Made by a program: the position numbers and the translations under genes | Notes under the pieces: generated by a model | The model's input: only the letters and a program-made list of their open reading frames with translations | What the model was told of the DNA's origin: nothing | Databases searched by the model: none | Source: Allomuricauda sp. | GTDB lineage: Bacteria > Bacteroidota > Bacteroidia > Flavobacteriales > Flavobacteriaceae | Assembly: GCA_003712125.1 (NCBI GenBank) | Contig: RHLF01000004.1 | Location: 6,332-70,331 of the forward strand | Direction: 5' to 3' | DNA: 64,000 bases | Shown: positions 49,647-59,005 of the stretch, in pieces | How positions within the stretch are numbered: position 1 is the stretch's first letter | Layout: each line of letters opens with the position of its first letter

Positions 49647-49678
49647 ACTTTGTATCTTGATTTGAATTCGATCAAACT

Positions 49679-51022
49679 ATGAGCAACGACTACAAAAGCC
49701 CCGGTTTTAAAAAGTTATTGGATTCCTTGCAACAGCAAAGCTGGGAGTTGGAACTTATTATTTCGGGTTTCGCAATTTTCGGACTATTTACGGCTTACGA
49801 GCCGTTACAGATTGAGGTACAAAACGCCCAAAACGACGGTCAAATTTATGCCTTTGTGCTGTACCTTGTGGCCTATATCGCCTGTAGTATCCTTTTGTTC
49901 AATTTATTGCTTCATGTGGTATTAAGAGGGCTTTGGATTGGTGCACTGGGCCTGCGATATATCTCTGGGGATATTGAGTTTGACAAGCTCAAATACAGTG
50001 ATAAGTTCAAAAACTACCTGCAAAAAAAGATAGTTTCCTTTGATCGCTATATCGCCAATTTGGAAAACTATTGCAGTGTATTATTCGCCATTTCCTTCTT
50101 GTTGATATTTCATGTTCTGGCACTGACACTTATCATTTTAAGTATTGCCCTGGTTGCCAATCTTGTTATTGAAAATGACGATTTACCCGATTGGGTTTCC
50201 AATTGGATTGGAATTCCGTTGGTCATTTTTATCAGTGTCGGAATGCTGCTAACTTTTCTTGATTTCATCACCCAAGGGTTATTAAAACGCAATAAATGGG
50301 TCAGTAGAGTTTACTTCCCTTTTTATTGGGCTTTCAGCTTTTTAACGCTATCCTTTTTATATCGACCCTTGGTTTATAATTTTTTGGACAACAGGTTTGG
50401 CAAGCGCATCATTTTCTTTTTGACCCCGATTTACATCATCATATTAATACTGAGTGGACTGTACTATCGCAACTCGAATTACCTGGTAAAGGACCGAAAC
50501 TCGTCGACCATTTTCGCCAATAGGGAAAATTATAGGGATATGATGACAGAAGACGCAGATTACCCCGGGGAAGCTGTCATTCCATCCAAGGTAATTACCA
50601 CCAAATTTCTACACGTATTTATGCCCTATTCCGAAAATATCGAAGAACGCATTTTTGATTATGAGAAAACGCTAAAACCGGAAGATGATCGGCGAGGGCT
50701 AGCATCCAGCAATTTTAATTTTAATACCAATTGGGGCGATAAGATTACCAACTCAAGACAAAAAGATAGTGTGCGAAAAAAATACCTGGAGGTTTTTAAT
50801 GAAACGTATTTTTTTAAGGTCGACACCCTCGTATTGGATAGCGATTTTATAATTGCCACTGATGCTGAGAACAGACTTGGGTTTGAGACGTATTTGAACC
50901 TTAGGGAAGTCGAAGAAGGCAAACACCAACTACGCGTGATGAGAAAGCGACGGCAAAAAGACTCCATTGTCGAGGTCATTCAAGAATCTATACCCTTTTG
51001 GCATTTCAAGCAGACACCTTAA
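49679..51022 (+). CDS. Multi-pass membrane protein of unknown function (paralogue B)
   Basis: Colinear paralogue of the upstream gene: SWELELIISGFAI, HVVLRGLWIG, YRPLVYNF and IPFW. Confidence 0.8.
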   Translation: MSNDYKSPGFKKLLDSLQQQSWELELIISGFAIFGLFTAYEPLQIEVQNAQNDGQIYAFVLYLVAYIACSILLFNLLLHVVLRGLWIGALGLRYISGDIEFDKLKYSDKFKNYLQKKIVSFDRYIANLENYCSVLFAISFLLIFHVLALTLIILSIALVANLVIENDDLPDWVSNWIGIPLVIFISVGMLLTFLDFITQGLLKRNKWVSRVYFPFYWAFSFLTLSFLYRPLVYNFLDNRFGKRIIFFLTPIYIIILILSGLYYRNSNYLVKDRNSSTIFANRENYRDMMTEDADYPGEAVIPSKVITTKFLHVFMPYSENIEERIFDYEKTLKPEDDRRGLASSNFNFNTNWGDKITNSRQKDSVRKKYLEVFNETYFFKVDTLVLDSDFIIATDAENRLGFETYLNLREVEEGKHQLRVMRKRRQKDSIVEVIQESIPFWHFKQTP

Positions 51023-51381
51023 TGATTTATCCTTGGCATCTCTATCTCATGGCAGGCATGTACGTTGTTGCAGGTGTTATGCATTTTATATATCCCAAAG
51101 CCTACAAACGCATTATGCCAAAATACCTTCCCAAACATGGCCTTCTTGTATTTTGGAGTGGTATTGCTGAAATTATTTTAGGGGTTGCCCTTTGTTATTC
51201 CCAAACCAAAAACATAGCCATATGCGGCATCATAACCATGTTGGCTGTCTTTTTGATGGTGCATTTTTATATGCTTTCTAGTGAAAAAGCTGCTGCTGGT
51301 GTTCCGAAATGGATCTTAATTTTAAGAATTCCATTACAGTTTGGCCTTATGTATTGGGCATATTGGTATTTGAAATTTTAA
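51022..51381 (+). CDS. DoxX/MauE-like small membrane protein
   Basis: AGVMHF..P..Y..IMP, SGIAEI..G and RIPLQ. Confidence 0.75.
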   Translation: MIYPWHLYLMAGMYVVAGVMHFIYPKAYKRIMPKYLPKHGLLVFWSGIAEIILGVALCYSQTKNIAICGIITMLAVFLMVHFYMLSSEKAAAGVPKWILILRIPLQFGLMYWAYWYLKF

Positions 51382-51782
51382 GCCAATCGTTTATCAAAAT
51401 ACCCTTTTAGCAGCGTGGTTTGCACCATTACCAAAAGACCCATGGTTCCAATGGTATACACGAGAATTCTAGAAAAGGGCAATTCAAATTTAGGCATGGT
51501 AAGTTCTGATATCCACTTTGATGAGAGGGTCTGGCTAAACCAATTGCTTGATGCGCTATCCAATTGAAAAGTCAAAAAGATCAATAAAACAACAAACAGA
51601 ACTCCCATAACGCCCAAAACATTTCTTGAAATAATTGGCTTATAGGCGAATTTCACCTGTTCTTCTGAAGCCTTGATCTGGTTCATCACCACATCGGTAA
51701 AATCGGCAGATGGTGCATCTAATTGAGCATCATGAAACGCGATGTCGAGTAACTCCCTTAACTCTTTGTCTGTCTTATCCAT
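51378..51782 (-). CDS. Probable membrane anti-sigma factor
   Basis: Overlaps the sigma stop; PSADFTDVVM helix, YKPII and two TM segments. Confidence 0.7.
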   Translation of the reverse strand: MDKTDKELRELLDIAFHDAQLDAPSADFTDVVMNQIKASEEQVKFAYKPIISRNVLGVMGVLFVVLLIFLTFQLDSASSNWFSQTLSSKWISELTMPKFELPFSRILVYTIGTMGLLVMVQTTLLKGYFDKRLA

Positions 51783-52353
51783 AATTTCTAAGTACTTCAG
51801 GTTCAATATGGTTTTCTAAAATTAGTGCAAATTTCTTTCGCGCCCGGTGCAATCGTACCTTTAAGGTGTTCACCGATTGTTCAAAAATCTCCTCTAACTC
51901 ATTTAAATTCTTCTCTTCAAAATAGAACAAGGTGAGCAAAGCGGCGTCTTCAGGCGGCAAATACTGCAAACAGGCCTTTACCTTTGCTGAGCGCTCCTTT
52001 TGTTCCATTTCATGCAACGCATTTTTGGTGGTATATATCTTGTTTTCCGTTACCGCATTTAGTTCTTCCTCCAGATACTTTCTTTTATACTTTTTTAGTC
52101 GATCCAAACAGGTGTTATAGGCAATTCTATAAATCCATGTAGAAAATTTAGAATCCCCTTTAAAACTTTCCAACGAACTGTAAACCTTAACGAACGTATC
52201 TTGCGCTACTTCTTCGGCTTCTTCCTGATTTTTCAACATCTGTAAGGCCAAAGAGAACACCAAATTTTTATACGCATCTACCACTTCGGAAAACGCCGCA
52301 GTTTCTCCATTCAAAATGCGATTGATCAGTGTTGTTTCTGTGTTGGTTGCCAT
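51775..52353 (-). CDS. ECF sigma factor (RpoE/SigW-like)
   Basis: AEEVAQDTFVK, FKGDSKFSTWIYRIAYN and KVRLHRARKK. Start placed at MATNT because the track start (52377) lies inside the promoter. Confidence 0.92.
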   Translation of the reverse strand: MATNTETTLINRILNGETAAFSEVVDAYKNLVFSLALQMLKNQEEAEEVAQDTFVKVYSSLESFKGDSKFSTWIYRIAYNTCLDRLKKYKRKYLEEELNAVTENKIYTTKNALHEMEQKERSAKVKACLQYLPPEDAALLTLFYFEEKNLNELEEIFEQSVNTLKVRLHRARKKFALILENHIEPEVLRNYG

Positions 52354-52364
52354 TTGATTAATAA

Positions 52365-52391
52365 GACGATAAATCATGATCTTAGGTTACA
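52365..52391 (-). promoter_or_regulatory. ECF autoregulatory promoter (TGTAAC-N17-CGTC)
   Basis: Minus strand TGTAAC 52391-86, 17-nt spacer, CGTC 52368-65, 12 nt before the sigma ATG. Confidence 0.75.
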
Positions 52392-52415
52392 GGAATCAAT
52401 TTTTTTTTGATTTGT

Positions 52416-52442
52416 TGTAACCTGGATTCAAAAATGGTCGTC
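52416..52442 (+). promoter_or_regulatory. ECF promoter of the divergent DUF6249-like gene (TGTAAC-N17-CGTC)
   Basis: TGTAAC 52416-21, 17-nt spacer, CGTC 52439-42. Confidence 0.75.
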
Positions 52443-52485
52443 ATAAGAGACAAACAAAGTTAATAATCAAGTAAAACGAACAATT

Positions 52486-52836
52486 ATGGGATCAGAAGTA
52501 ATTATTATACCAATCATTTTTGGGGTACTTTTCGCCATCGCCTACCTATACTTTTCAACGCGTAACAAGGAAAGGTTGGCTTTAATCGAAAAAGGTGCCG
52601 ATGCCAGTATTTTTGTTAAGGGAAGACGCAGGGCCGCACCAATCTGGAAAATTTTATTGTTAAATCTAGCCCTCTTGCTAGCAGCTACCGGTATCGCAAT
52701 TTTCGTGGGCTCATTCCTGACTACTATGGGCGTCGATGAAGATGTGGCCTACCCCGGCACTATTTTCTTACTGGCAGGTGTCGGACTATTTGTCGGCTAC
52801 ATCATGACCAAAAGGTTGGACAAAGAGGAAGACTAA
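52486..52836 (+). CDS. DUF6249-like small membrane protein
   Basis: RNKERLALIEKGAD after TM1, followed by two further TMs. Confidence 0.8.
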   Translation: MGSEVIIIPIIFGVLFAIAYLYFSTRNKERLALIEKGADASIFVKGRRRAAPIWKILLLNLALLLAATGIAIFVGSFLTTMGVDEDVAYPGTIFLLAGVGLFVGYIMTKRLDKEED

Positions 52837-52859
52837 GCCTTTTAATTACAATCAAACTA

Positions 52860-52896
52860 AAAATCCGTCAAGCGTATTGACGGATTTTTTATTTTT
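52860..52896 (+). terminator. Intrinsic terminator
   Basis: AAAATCCGTCAA-GCGTA-TTGACGGATTTT followed by a T-rich tail. Confidence 0.85.
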
Positions 52897-52900
52897 AGGT

Positions 52901-53533
52901 ATGGAAATTATTTCAACCAATATAGCAAAGCCTACCAAAGTTTCATGGCGCGGGCGAGACATTACCACGGGTATTTATAAAAAACCGGTTCAAGAGGCCA
53001 TTTTTTTGGGGAAAGAAGATGTGCGCAACGATGCCGTAATCGACCGCAAACACCATGGAGGAGAATTTAAGGCCTGCTATCTTTTTGGTTCCGACTATTA
53101 CCCCGATTGGAAAATTAAATTCCCCCATCTAAATTGGGAATGGGGAATGTTCGGTGAAAATCTTACGATTGAGGGACTCGATGAGGCAACATTGCACATT
53201 GGAGCCAGTTATAAGCTGGGGAATTCCACAGTGCAAATAACGGAACCTCGGCAACCCTGCTATAAACTTGGGATACGCTTTGGCACACAACTAGTCATCA
53301 AAGAATTTATCAATTATGGCCATCCCGGGACTTACGTGAAAATTCTCGAGGAAGGAGAGGTTAAAAAAGGGGATCATCTCACCCCTATCGCATCAGACAA
53401 CAATGCCATTACGATAAAACAATACAATGAATTGGTAAATTCAAAGCACAAAGATCCTGAACTCATAAAATTGGCCATAGCCAATGAGGGCATTCGAAAG
53501 GAAAAAAGAGAGAAGCTTGAAAAACTGCTCTAA
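52901..53533 (+). CDS. MOSC-domain protein (YiiM-like)
   Basis: TGIYKKP, HHGG, FGENLT, PRQPCYKLG and PGTYVKILEEG. Confidence 0.9.
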   Translation: MEIISTNIAKPTKVSWRGRDITTGIYKKPVQEAIFLGKEDVRNDAVIDRKHHGGEFKACYLFGSDYYPDWKIKFPHLNWEWGMFGENLTIEGLDEATLHIGASYKLGNSTVQITEPRQPCYKLGIRFGTQLVIKEFINYGHPGTYVKILEEGEVKKGDHLTPIASDNNAITIKQYNELVNSKHKDPELIKLAIANEGIRKEKREKLEKLL

Positions 53534-53562
53534 AAAAGAAACCCTGACATCGCTGCCAGGGT
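53532..53562 (-). terminator. Intrinsic terminator resembling that of sRNA unit 1
   Basis: Minus strand ACCCTGGCA-GCGA-TGTCAGGGT-TTCTTTTTT. Confidence 0.8.
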
Positions 53563-53594
53563 CACCTACCTACAATCGAAATTAACTAAACTAT

Positions 53595-53963
53595 CTATCT
53601 GATTTCTACAACTTCGGTAAAGCTTTCTTTGTTATCAACAACAACTACTTTGTAATTGTCTTCAAATGCTTTCTCGAAATTGAACGCCTTCTCTACCACG
53701 ATCTCACCTTCAAAGGTCTGCTTGAAAACGACTCTACCATTGCTGTCAACCACTTTAATGGTTACTTGTTCCAGGTCAAGATTTAAAAGGTTTACGAACA
53801 ACTTATCGCCTTTCCTTAAAAAGGTAGGGTCTAAGTCAACATTCAAAATGTTCTTTTCTACTTCATTTACTTTTTTGCCATCTATTGCTTCTGATCCATT
53901 TGCGAAAGAAACGGACGTTCCAAATAATATAGCAGCTACTGTGAAATTCAATACTCTTTTCAT
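53595..53963 (-). CDS. Small secreted beta-sandwich protein of unknown function
   Basis: Signal peptide (VSFA/N), beta-rich mature part with IKVVDSNGRVVF and FNF...Y.V.V, resembling Ig-like/T9SS-CTD-like folds. Confidence 0.7.
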   Translation of the reverse strand: MKRVLNFTVAAILFGTSVSFANGSEAIDGKKVNEVEKNILNVDLDPTFLRKGDKLFVNLLNLDLEQVTIKVVDSNGRVVFKQTFEGEIVVEKAFNFEKAFEDNYKVVVVDNKESFTEVVEIR

Positions 53964-54159
53964 ACTTGTCTTTTTTTGATTAATAAAAAATTACAGTACA
54001 AACATACTTTCAAAAAACACCCAGTACTACCACAGAATTTTCAGATTAATGTTCAATTTTAACCATATTTGAGTGTTAAATAATCATAAAAGGTAAAATA
54101 GCATATATTTTGGGTAATTTTGTATAGAAGTAAGGAAGTAGGCGACACTAATTTTACAT

Positions 54160-55050
54160 ATGGAAAGCAAAGTAAGAGCGATGCAACAAAGACCAGCATT
54201 TGAAGCCATAGAGCCTGATTTTGGCAACTCATTTAAGTACAATAGGTTTGATAAAAACATTTGTAACAACAATGGGTCTTGGCACTACCATCCGGAATTG
54301 GAATTGGTTTATGTTAACGGAGGTTCTGGAAAAAGGCAAATAGGGAGCCATGTTTCCTATTATACCGATGGTGACTTGATTCTAATTGGTTCGAATCTAC
54401 CCCATTGTGGGTTCACCGATAAGTTGACCGGAAATAAAAGTGAGACCGTGATTCAAATGAAGATGGATTTTTTGGGCAACGATTTCTTTAATATTCCGGA
54501 AATGCGAAAAATTCAAAAGCTATTTGAAATAGCAAAGAGCGGTATTGCATTTTACGGAAAAACAAAGAAAAAAGTAGGCGAAAAAATGGAAGTACTTGAG
54601 TACCAGTCTGATTTTCATCGTTTGCTGGCCATATTGAATATTTTAAACGAACTCGGCAATTCTGCTGAGTTTAAGGTATTGAATGCTGAAGGATTCTCCA
54701 TGGAAACTGAAGTCAAAGACAATGATCGAATTAACGTGGTATTCAATCATGTGAAAACAAATTTCAAGGAAGACATCAGTCTTGATGAAATTGCAGACTT
54801 GGTGAATATGACAGTCCCGTCTTTCTGCAGGTATTTTAAGAAAATCACCAATAAAACCTTTACACAGTTTGTGAATGAATACCGTCTGGTACATGCCTCA
54901 AAATTGTTGGCCGAACAACCCATGAGCATTACCGAAGTCTGTTATGAAAGTGGATTCAACAACTTTTCGCACTTTAATAAATCGTTTAAGGCCTTTACAG
55001 GTCAAAACCCCTCCCAATATCGAAATCAACTCAAAGCCGTATTGCAGTAA
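54160..55050 (+). CDS. AraC-family transcriptional regulator (cupin plus HTH)
   Basis: WHYHPELELV, GSNLPH, FCRYFKK and SGFNNFSHFNKSFK. Confidence 0.92.
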   Translation: MESKVRAMQQRPAFEAIEPDFGNSFKYNRFDKNICNNNGSWHYHPELELVYVNGGSGKRQIGSHVSYYTDGDLILIGSNLPHCGFTDKLTGNKSETVIQMKMDFLGNDFFNIPEMRKIQKLFEIAKSGIAFYGKTKKKVGEKMEVLEYQSDFHRLLAILNILNELGNSAEFKVLNAEGFSMETEVKDNDRINVVFNHVKTNFKEDISLDEIADLVNMTVPSFCRYFKKITNKTFTQFVNEYRLVHASKLLAEQPMSITEVCYESGFNNFSHFNKSFKAFTGQNPSQYRNQLKAVLQ

Positions 55051-55647
55051 ATGAAATTGTTTGATGAAAGCTTCGATTTGAAACTGCCCGATGCAGATAT
55101 CAGGTACCATCCAAATTTTTTGTCCAAAGAAGAAGCCGATATCTATTTTGACCACTTTATTAAAAATGTTCCGTGGCGGCACGATGACATTAAAATTTTT
55201 GGAAAAACATTTCCACAGCCAAGACTCACAGCGCTATACGGGAATAATGGGAAGACCTATACCTATTCCAACATCACTATGAAACCCCTTGGTTTCGATA
55301 CTGAACTAAAGGGGATAAAGCAAAAACTCGAGCAGAAATTCCAGGTCGTTTTCTCAACCTGTCTCTTGAATCTGTATCGAGATGGTCAAGATAGTAACGG
55401 TTGGCATTCAGATGATGAGAAGGAGCTCGGAACTAACCCCACGATTGCCTCCATATCATTGGGAGAAGAACGTTTTTTTCATTTGAAACATAAAACCAAC
55501 AAGGAATTGAAGCAAAAAATCTTGTTGGAACATGGAAGTCTTTTACTCATGCAGGGGAGCACGCAACATTTTTGGCAACATCAAATTCCAAAAACAAAAA
55601 GAAAAGTTGGCAAACGAGTCAACCTTACATTCAGGCTAATCCATTAA
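55051..55647 (+). CDS. AlkB-family 2OG-Fe(II) dioxygenase (ALKBH2/3-like)
   Basis: QPRLTALYG, NLYRDGQDSNGWHSDDE, WQHQIPK and RVNLTFR. Confidence 0.92.
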   Translation: MKLFDESFDLKLPDADIRYHPNFLSKEEADIYFDHFIKNVPWRHDDIKIFGKTFPQPRLTALYGNNGKTYTYSNITMKPLGFDTELKGIKQKLEQKFQVVFSTCLLNLYRDGQDSNGWHSDDEKELGTNPTIASISLGEERFFHLKHKTNKELKQKILLEHGSLLLMQGSTQHFWQHQIPKTKRKVGKRVNLTFRLIH

Positions 55648-56414
55648 GAAAAAAGGTCGTTCAATACTTTGGCAAGTCGAAGACCTCCTAGATGCAGTTG
55701 TTGTAGCAATAGATCGTTGTACTTATAGCTGTACTGATACCCTAATTTCTCTCCCACTTCTACAGAATCATACAGTTCGGTAGCCAAATCTTGCGATTCT
55801 TCAACCCAATCGTATACCGTTCCAGCCTGAAGTTGTTTGATTCTTTTTCTAGACATTTTGGGCATGGTGGCAGCAAGCTCGGTATATGACATTCCAAAAG
55901 AATTGATCAAATCGCTATCCCATAACCTATGCAGATTGGTCCCTTTATCAAACCATTGTACCTGAATGTCATTACCCCCGCGGTCTTCTAACCTGCCCAC
56001 ATGCATAGGTTGGTGCAAATCTCCTACCAAATGCACCAACATTTTAAGGTAAAAAACCTTGTCTGCTCGAGTGCTGGAAGCACTTTTCACAATTTCGATA
56101 CATTTTTGGATTCCCATGACCACATCGCCATATGGGCTCGGTTCCACCTCGGTATAATCCTTATCGGCAGGAAAATTCACATAATGCCAAGCGCTGAATT
56201 TCGAAAAGCTTCGATCTGCCTTTATTTCATCAGCAAAATTGGCAACAAATGCCAAATCATGTCCACTTAAAAGATCTGCTATGGCCCGTTTTGCTTTTCC
56301 CGTTAAGTGTTGTTGGGCTATATGACCAACAGTCCTATGTCCTGTCTTTGACCAAATAGTGTTTGCATGGCTATTTACCACAAAGACCAAAAAGAATAAA
56401 ATAGAATACCGCAT
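55644..56414 (-). CDS. S1/P1 nuclease
   Basis: WSKTGH, WHYVN, HLVGDLHQPMH, DRGGN and NLHRLWD. Start placed at MRYSI. Confidence 0.92.
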   Translation of the reverse strand: MRYSILFFLVFVVNSHANTIWSKTGHRTVGHIAQQHLTGKAKRAIADLLSGHDLAFVANFADEIKADRSFSKFSAWHYVNFPADKDYTEVEPSPYGDVVMGIQKCIEIVKSASSTRADKVFYLKMLVHLVGDLHQPMHVGRLEDRGGNDIQVQWFDKGTNLHRLWDSDLINSFGMSYTELAATMPKMSRKRIKQLQAGTVYDWVEESQDLATELYDSVEVGEKLGYQYSYKYNDLLLQQLHLGGLRLAKVLNDLFS

Positions 56415-56523
56415 ATCAGCTTCGAAATTAACCATTTTAGGTGCTTTTTGACGAAGCTTAACACCTTCTTTGGCAAAAAAGATTGCCATCGACTTGCAGG
56501 TTTCGAAATATTTGATATATTTA

Positions 56524-56542
56524 TGATATTATTTTAATATCA
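56524..56542. promoter_or_regulatory. Perfect palindrome, candidate operator of the SPFH operon
   Basis: TGATATTA-TTT-TAATATCA 17 nt before the SPFH ATG, with an extra TGATAT half-site at 56513-18. Confidence 0.6.
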
Positions 56543-56558
56543 ATTTAAATACTACATC

Positions 56559-57419
56559 ATGACAAACGAAAAAATAATCGCTCCATTAAATGGGTACTTC
56601 ATGTTCTTTCTGAGCCTGTTCCTATTTTTTGGCGGAATTGCGATGGTCATCAACACAAAATCGCCTTGGTTTGCCATTGCCATATTCTTAGGAGTTGTTG
56701 TGGCCCTGGGCCTGGTTTTGGTTAACCCCAACAGTTCGAGAGTACTCCTACTCTTTGGTAAATATGTGGGAACCATCAAAAAAAATGGATTGTACTGGGT
56801 AAACCCCTTGTATTCGAAACGGAAAATATCGCTACGCGCCAGTAATTTTGATAGCGAAAGGTTGAAGGTGAATGATAAGTTGGGGAATCCGGTAATGATA
56901 AGCACAATTTTGGTATGGCGTGTCACGGATACCTATAAAGCTGCATTTGATGTGGATGACTATAAAAACTTTGTTCGGGTACAGACCGATGCTGCGGTTA
57001 GAAAATTAGCCAGCATGTATCCCTATGATAATTTTGCAGATGAAGGTATCGAAGAAGATATTACACTAAGATCTAGCGTAAATGAGGTAAGTGAAGCCTT
57101 GGAAAAAGAAATTCAAGACCGACTTCAAATGGCAGGAATAGAAGTATTGGAAGCACGCATCGGTTATTTGGCCTATGCCCAAGAAATTGCCAATGCCATG
57201 TTGAAAAGGCAACAGGCAACTGCTATTGTGGCCGCGCGCCACAAAATTGTGGAAGGTGCTGTGAGCATGGTTGAAATGGCCTTGGATGAACTCAATGAAA
57301 AAGACATTGTTGATTTAGACGAGGAACGTAAAGCGGCTATGGTGAGCAACTTAATGGTTGTGCTCTGTTCTGATAAAGATGCCTCCCCAATAGTCAATAC
57401 AGGGACCTTAAATCATTAA
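56559..57419 (+). CDS. SPFH/band 7 domain protein
   Basis: Two N-terminal TMs, KVNDKLGNP, LAYAQEIANAMLKRQQA and KIVEGAVSMVEMAL. Confidence 0.92.
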   Translation: MTNEKIIAPLNGYFMFFLSLFLFFGGIAMVINTKSPWFAIAIFLGVVVALGLVLVNPNSSRVLLLFGKYVGTIKKNGLYWVNPLYSKRKISLRASNFDSERLKVNDKLGNPVMISTILVWRVTDTYKAAFDVDDYKNFVRVQTDAAVRKLASMYPYDNFADEGIEEDITLRSSVNEVSEALEKEIQDRLQMAGIEVLEARIGYLAYAQEIANAMLKRQQATAIVAARHKIVEGAVSMVEMALDELNEKDIVDLDEERKAAMVSNLMVVLCSDKDASPIVNTGTLNH

Positions 57420-57420
57420 T

Positions 57421-57918
57421 ATGAGACTATTTTCAGAAACCCAGCGCTTTAATCAGTGGTGGATTCAACTTATCAATTTTTCAGTTTTGGGACTCCTTGT
57501 CTATTTCCTTTACAAATGGTTTGTTTTGGATGAAGCCGTGGACAAGGTTTCCGCTACAAACGCTAAAGGGCAAATTGTTGTTATTGTCACCATGGTGTTA
57601 AGTTACGGCTTGATCTATTTATTTCGATTAAAAACAAGAATTGATGAAAGGGGCCTACACTATCATTTTCTACCCTTTCATCTTTCCGAGAAAACCATAT
57701 CGTGGTATGATATCGATAAATGTTACATTCGAAACTACCGCCCCATAGCAGAATATGGCGGTTGGGGATACCGGATTTCTGCAAAACATGGAAAAGCCTT
57801 CAATGTTAGGGGCAGCCAAGGAATTCAAATCGAACTCAAGGATGGTAAAAAGCTCCTTATTGGAACGCAAAAACCTGAAGAAGCACAACAAGTCATCAAT
57901 AGATATCAAAAATCATGA
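57421..57918 (+). CDS. Two-TM membrane protein with a PH-like C-terminal domain (DUF6141-like)
   Basis: FSETQRF, L.TRIDE.G, YRPIAEYGGWGYR and LLIGTQKPE. Confidence 0.7.
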   Translation: MRLFSETQRFNQWWIQLINFSVLGLLVYFLYKWFVLDEAVDKVSATNAKGQIVVIVTMVLSYGLIYLFRLKTRIDERGLHYHFLPFHLSEKTISWYDIDKCYIRNYRPIAEYGGWGYRISAKHGKAFNVRGSQGIQIELKDGKKLLIGTQKPEEAQQVINRYQKS

Positions 57919-58073
57919 AAGAATACAAAGTAATCTCATGGAAAATGGGGCTTTCAGCAAACAATGAGCGATTGGAAGGTACTTTAAATGAATATGCCAA
58001 ACAAGGGTGGACGGTGCTGCAGGTCGCCGAAAATTTTCAAAGAGTCATTTTTGTAAGAGACAAAAACAGATGA
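57915..58073 (+). CDS. DUF4177-like 52-aa protein; not in the ORF track
   Basis: Hand translation MKEYKVISWKMGLSANNERLEGTLNEYAKQGWTVLQVAENFQRVIFVRDKNR. ATGA overlaps on both sides. Confidence 0.8.
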   Translation: MKEYKVISWKMGLSANNERLEGTLNEYAKQGWTVLQVAENFQRVIFVRDKNR

Positions 58074-59005
58074 GAAAAATTGCATTTCTATTCTTATTTA
58101 GCACTCTTACGATGGTAGGTCAAGGAGTGGTTTCAGAAGCACATGAACTATATAATGGGGATATCTATTTGCCCGGTACTTTGACCTACCCAGAATCAAA
58201 CAACCCCCTACCGCTTGTAATATTCATTCATGGTTCAGGAAATGCCGATAGAAACGGTAACCAAGGCGCATTGGCCAGTGCAAATCATATCAAACAATTG
58301 GCCGATAGTTTGAATACAAAAGGAATTGCATTCTATCGCTATGACAAGCGTAATGCGACCCCTGCCAACAGAGAAAAAATCAAAATGGAAGAGGCGTCCA
58401 TCCGTGATTTGGCAGAGGATGTGAAGATTGCCATAGCCACCTTCAAAGATGACCCGCGATTTGCTTCCATATATTTGGTTGGGCACAGCCAAGGCTCTTT
58501 GGTAGGCATGTTGGCGGCTGCCAACAATGTTACGGGGTATATCTCCGTGGCAGGCCCCGGAACAACTATTGATAAGGCATTGATCAGGCAATTAACAGCA
58601 CAAAATGAGGATGCTGGAAAAGTTACAGCCGCCCACATCAAGGAGTTAATGGAAACCGACACCATTAAAGAAGTGAATATCATGCTGATGGCAATTTTTG
58701 CACCCCAGAATCAGCGCTACCTTAAAGAATGGATCATGATCGACCCTGTGAACGAGATTCGCAAACTGAAAGTACCTGTTTTAATTATTAATGGGGATGC
58801 TGATTTTCAAGTCACCGTTGAAGATGCACAACTTTTAAAACAGGCCAAACCAAATGCCCAATTGGTCATTGTCAAAAACATGAACCATATGCTCAAAACA
58901 GTTGAGAACGATTCCGAAAACCAACAGTCGTATTACAACTCAGATTTTCCGTTGTCAACGAGCCTGGTGAAGGCCATAACTGAATTTATCCGAACCAATG
59001 GCTAA
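58070..59005 (+). CDS. Secreted alpha/beta hydrolase
   Basis: GTLTYP, IHGSGNADRNG, RYDKR, GHSQG, GDADFQV and MNHMLK. Start placed at MRKIA. Confidence 0.88.
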   Translation: MRKIAFLFLFSTLTMVGQGVVSEAHELYNGDIYLPGTLTYPESNNPLPLVIFIHGSGNADRNGNQGALASANHIKQLADSLNTKGIAFYRYDKRNATPANREKIKMEEASIRDLAEDVKIAIATFKDDPRFASIYLVGHSQGSLVGMLAAANNVTGYISVAGPGTTIDKALIRQLTAQNEDAGKVTAAHIKELMETDTIKEVNIMLMAIFAPQNQRYLKEWIMIDPVNEIRKLKVPVLIINGDADFQVTVEDAQLLKQAKPNAQLVIVKNMNHMLKTVENDSENQQSYYNSDFPLSTSLVKAITEFIRTNG

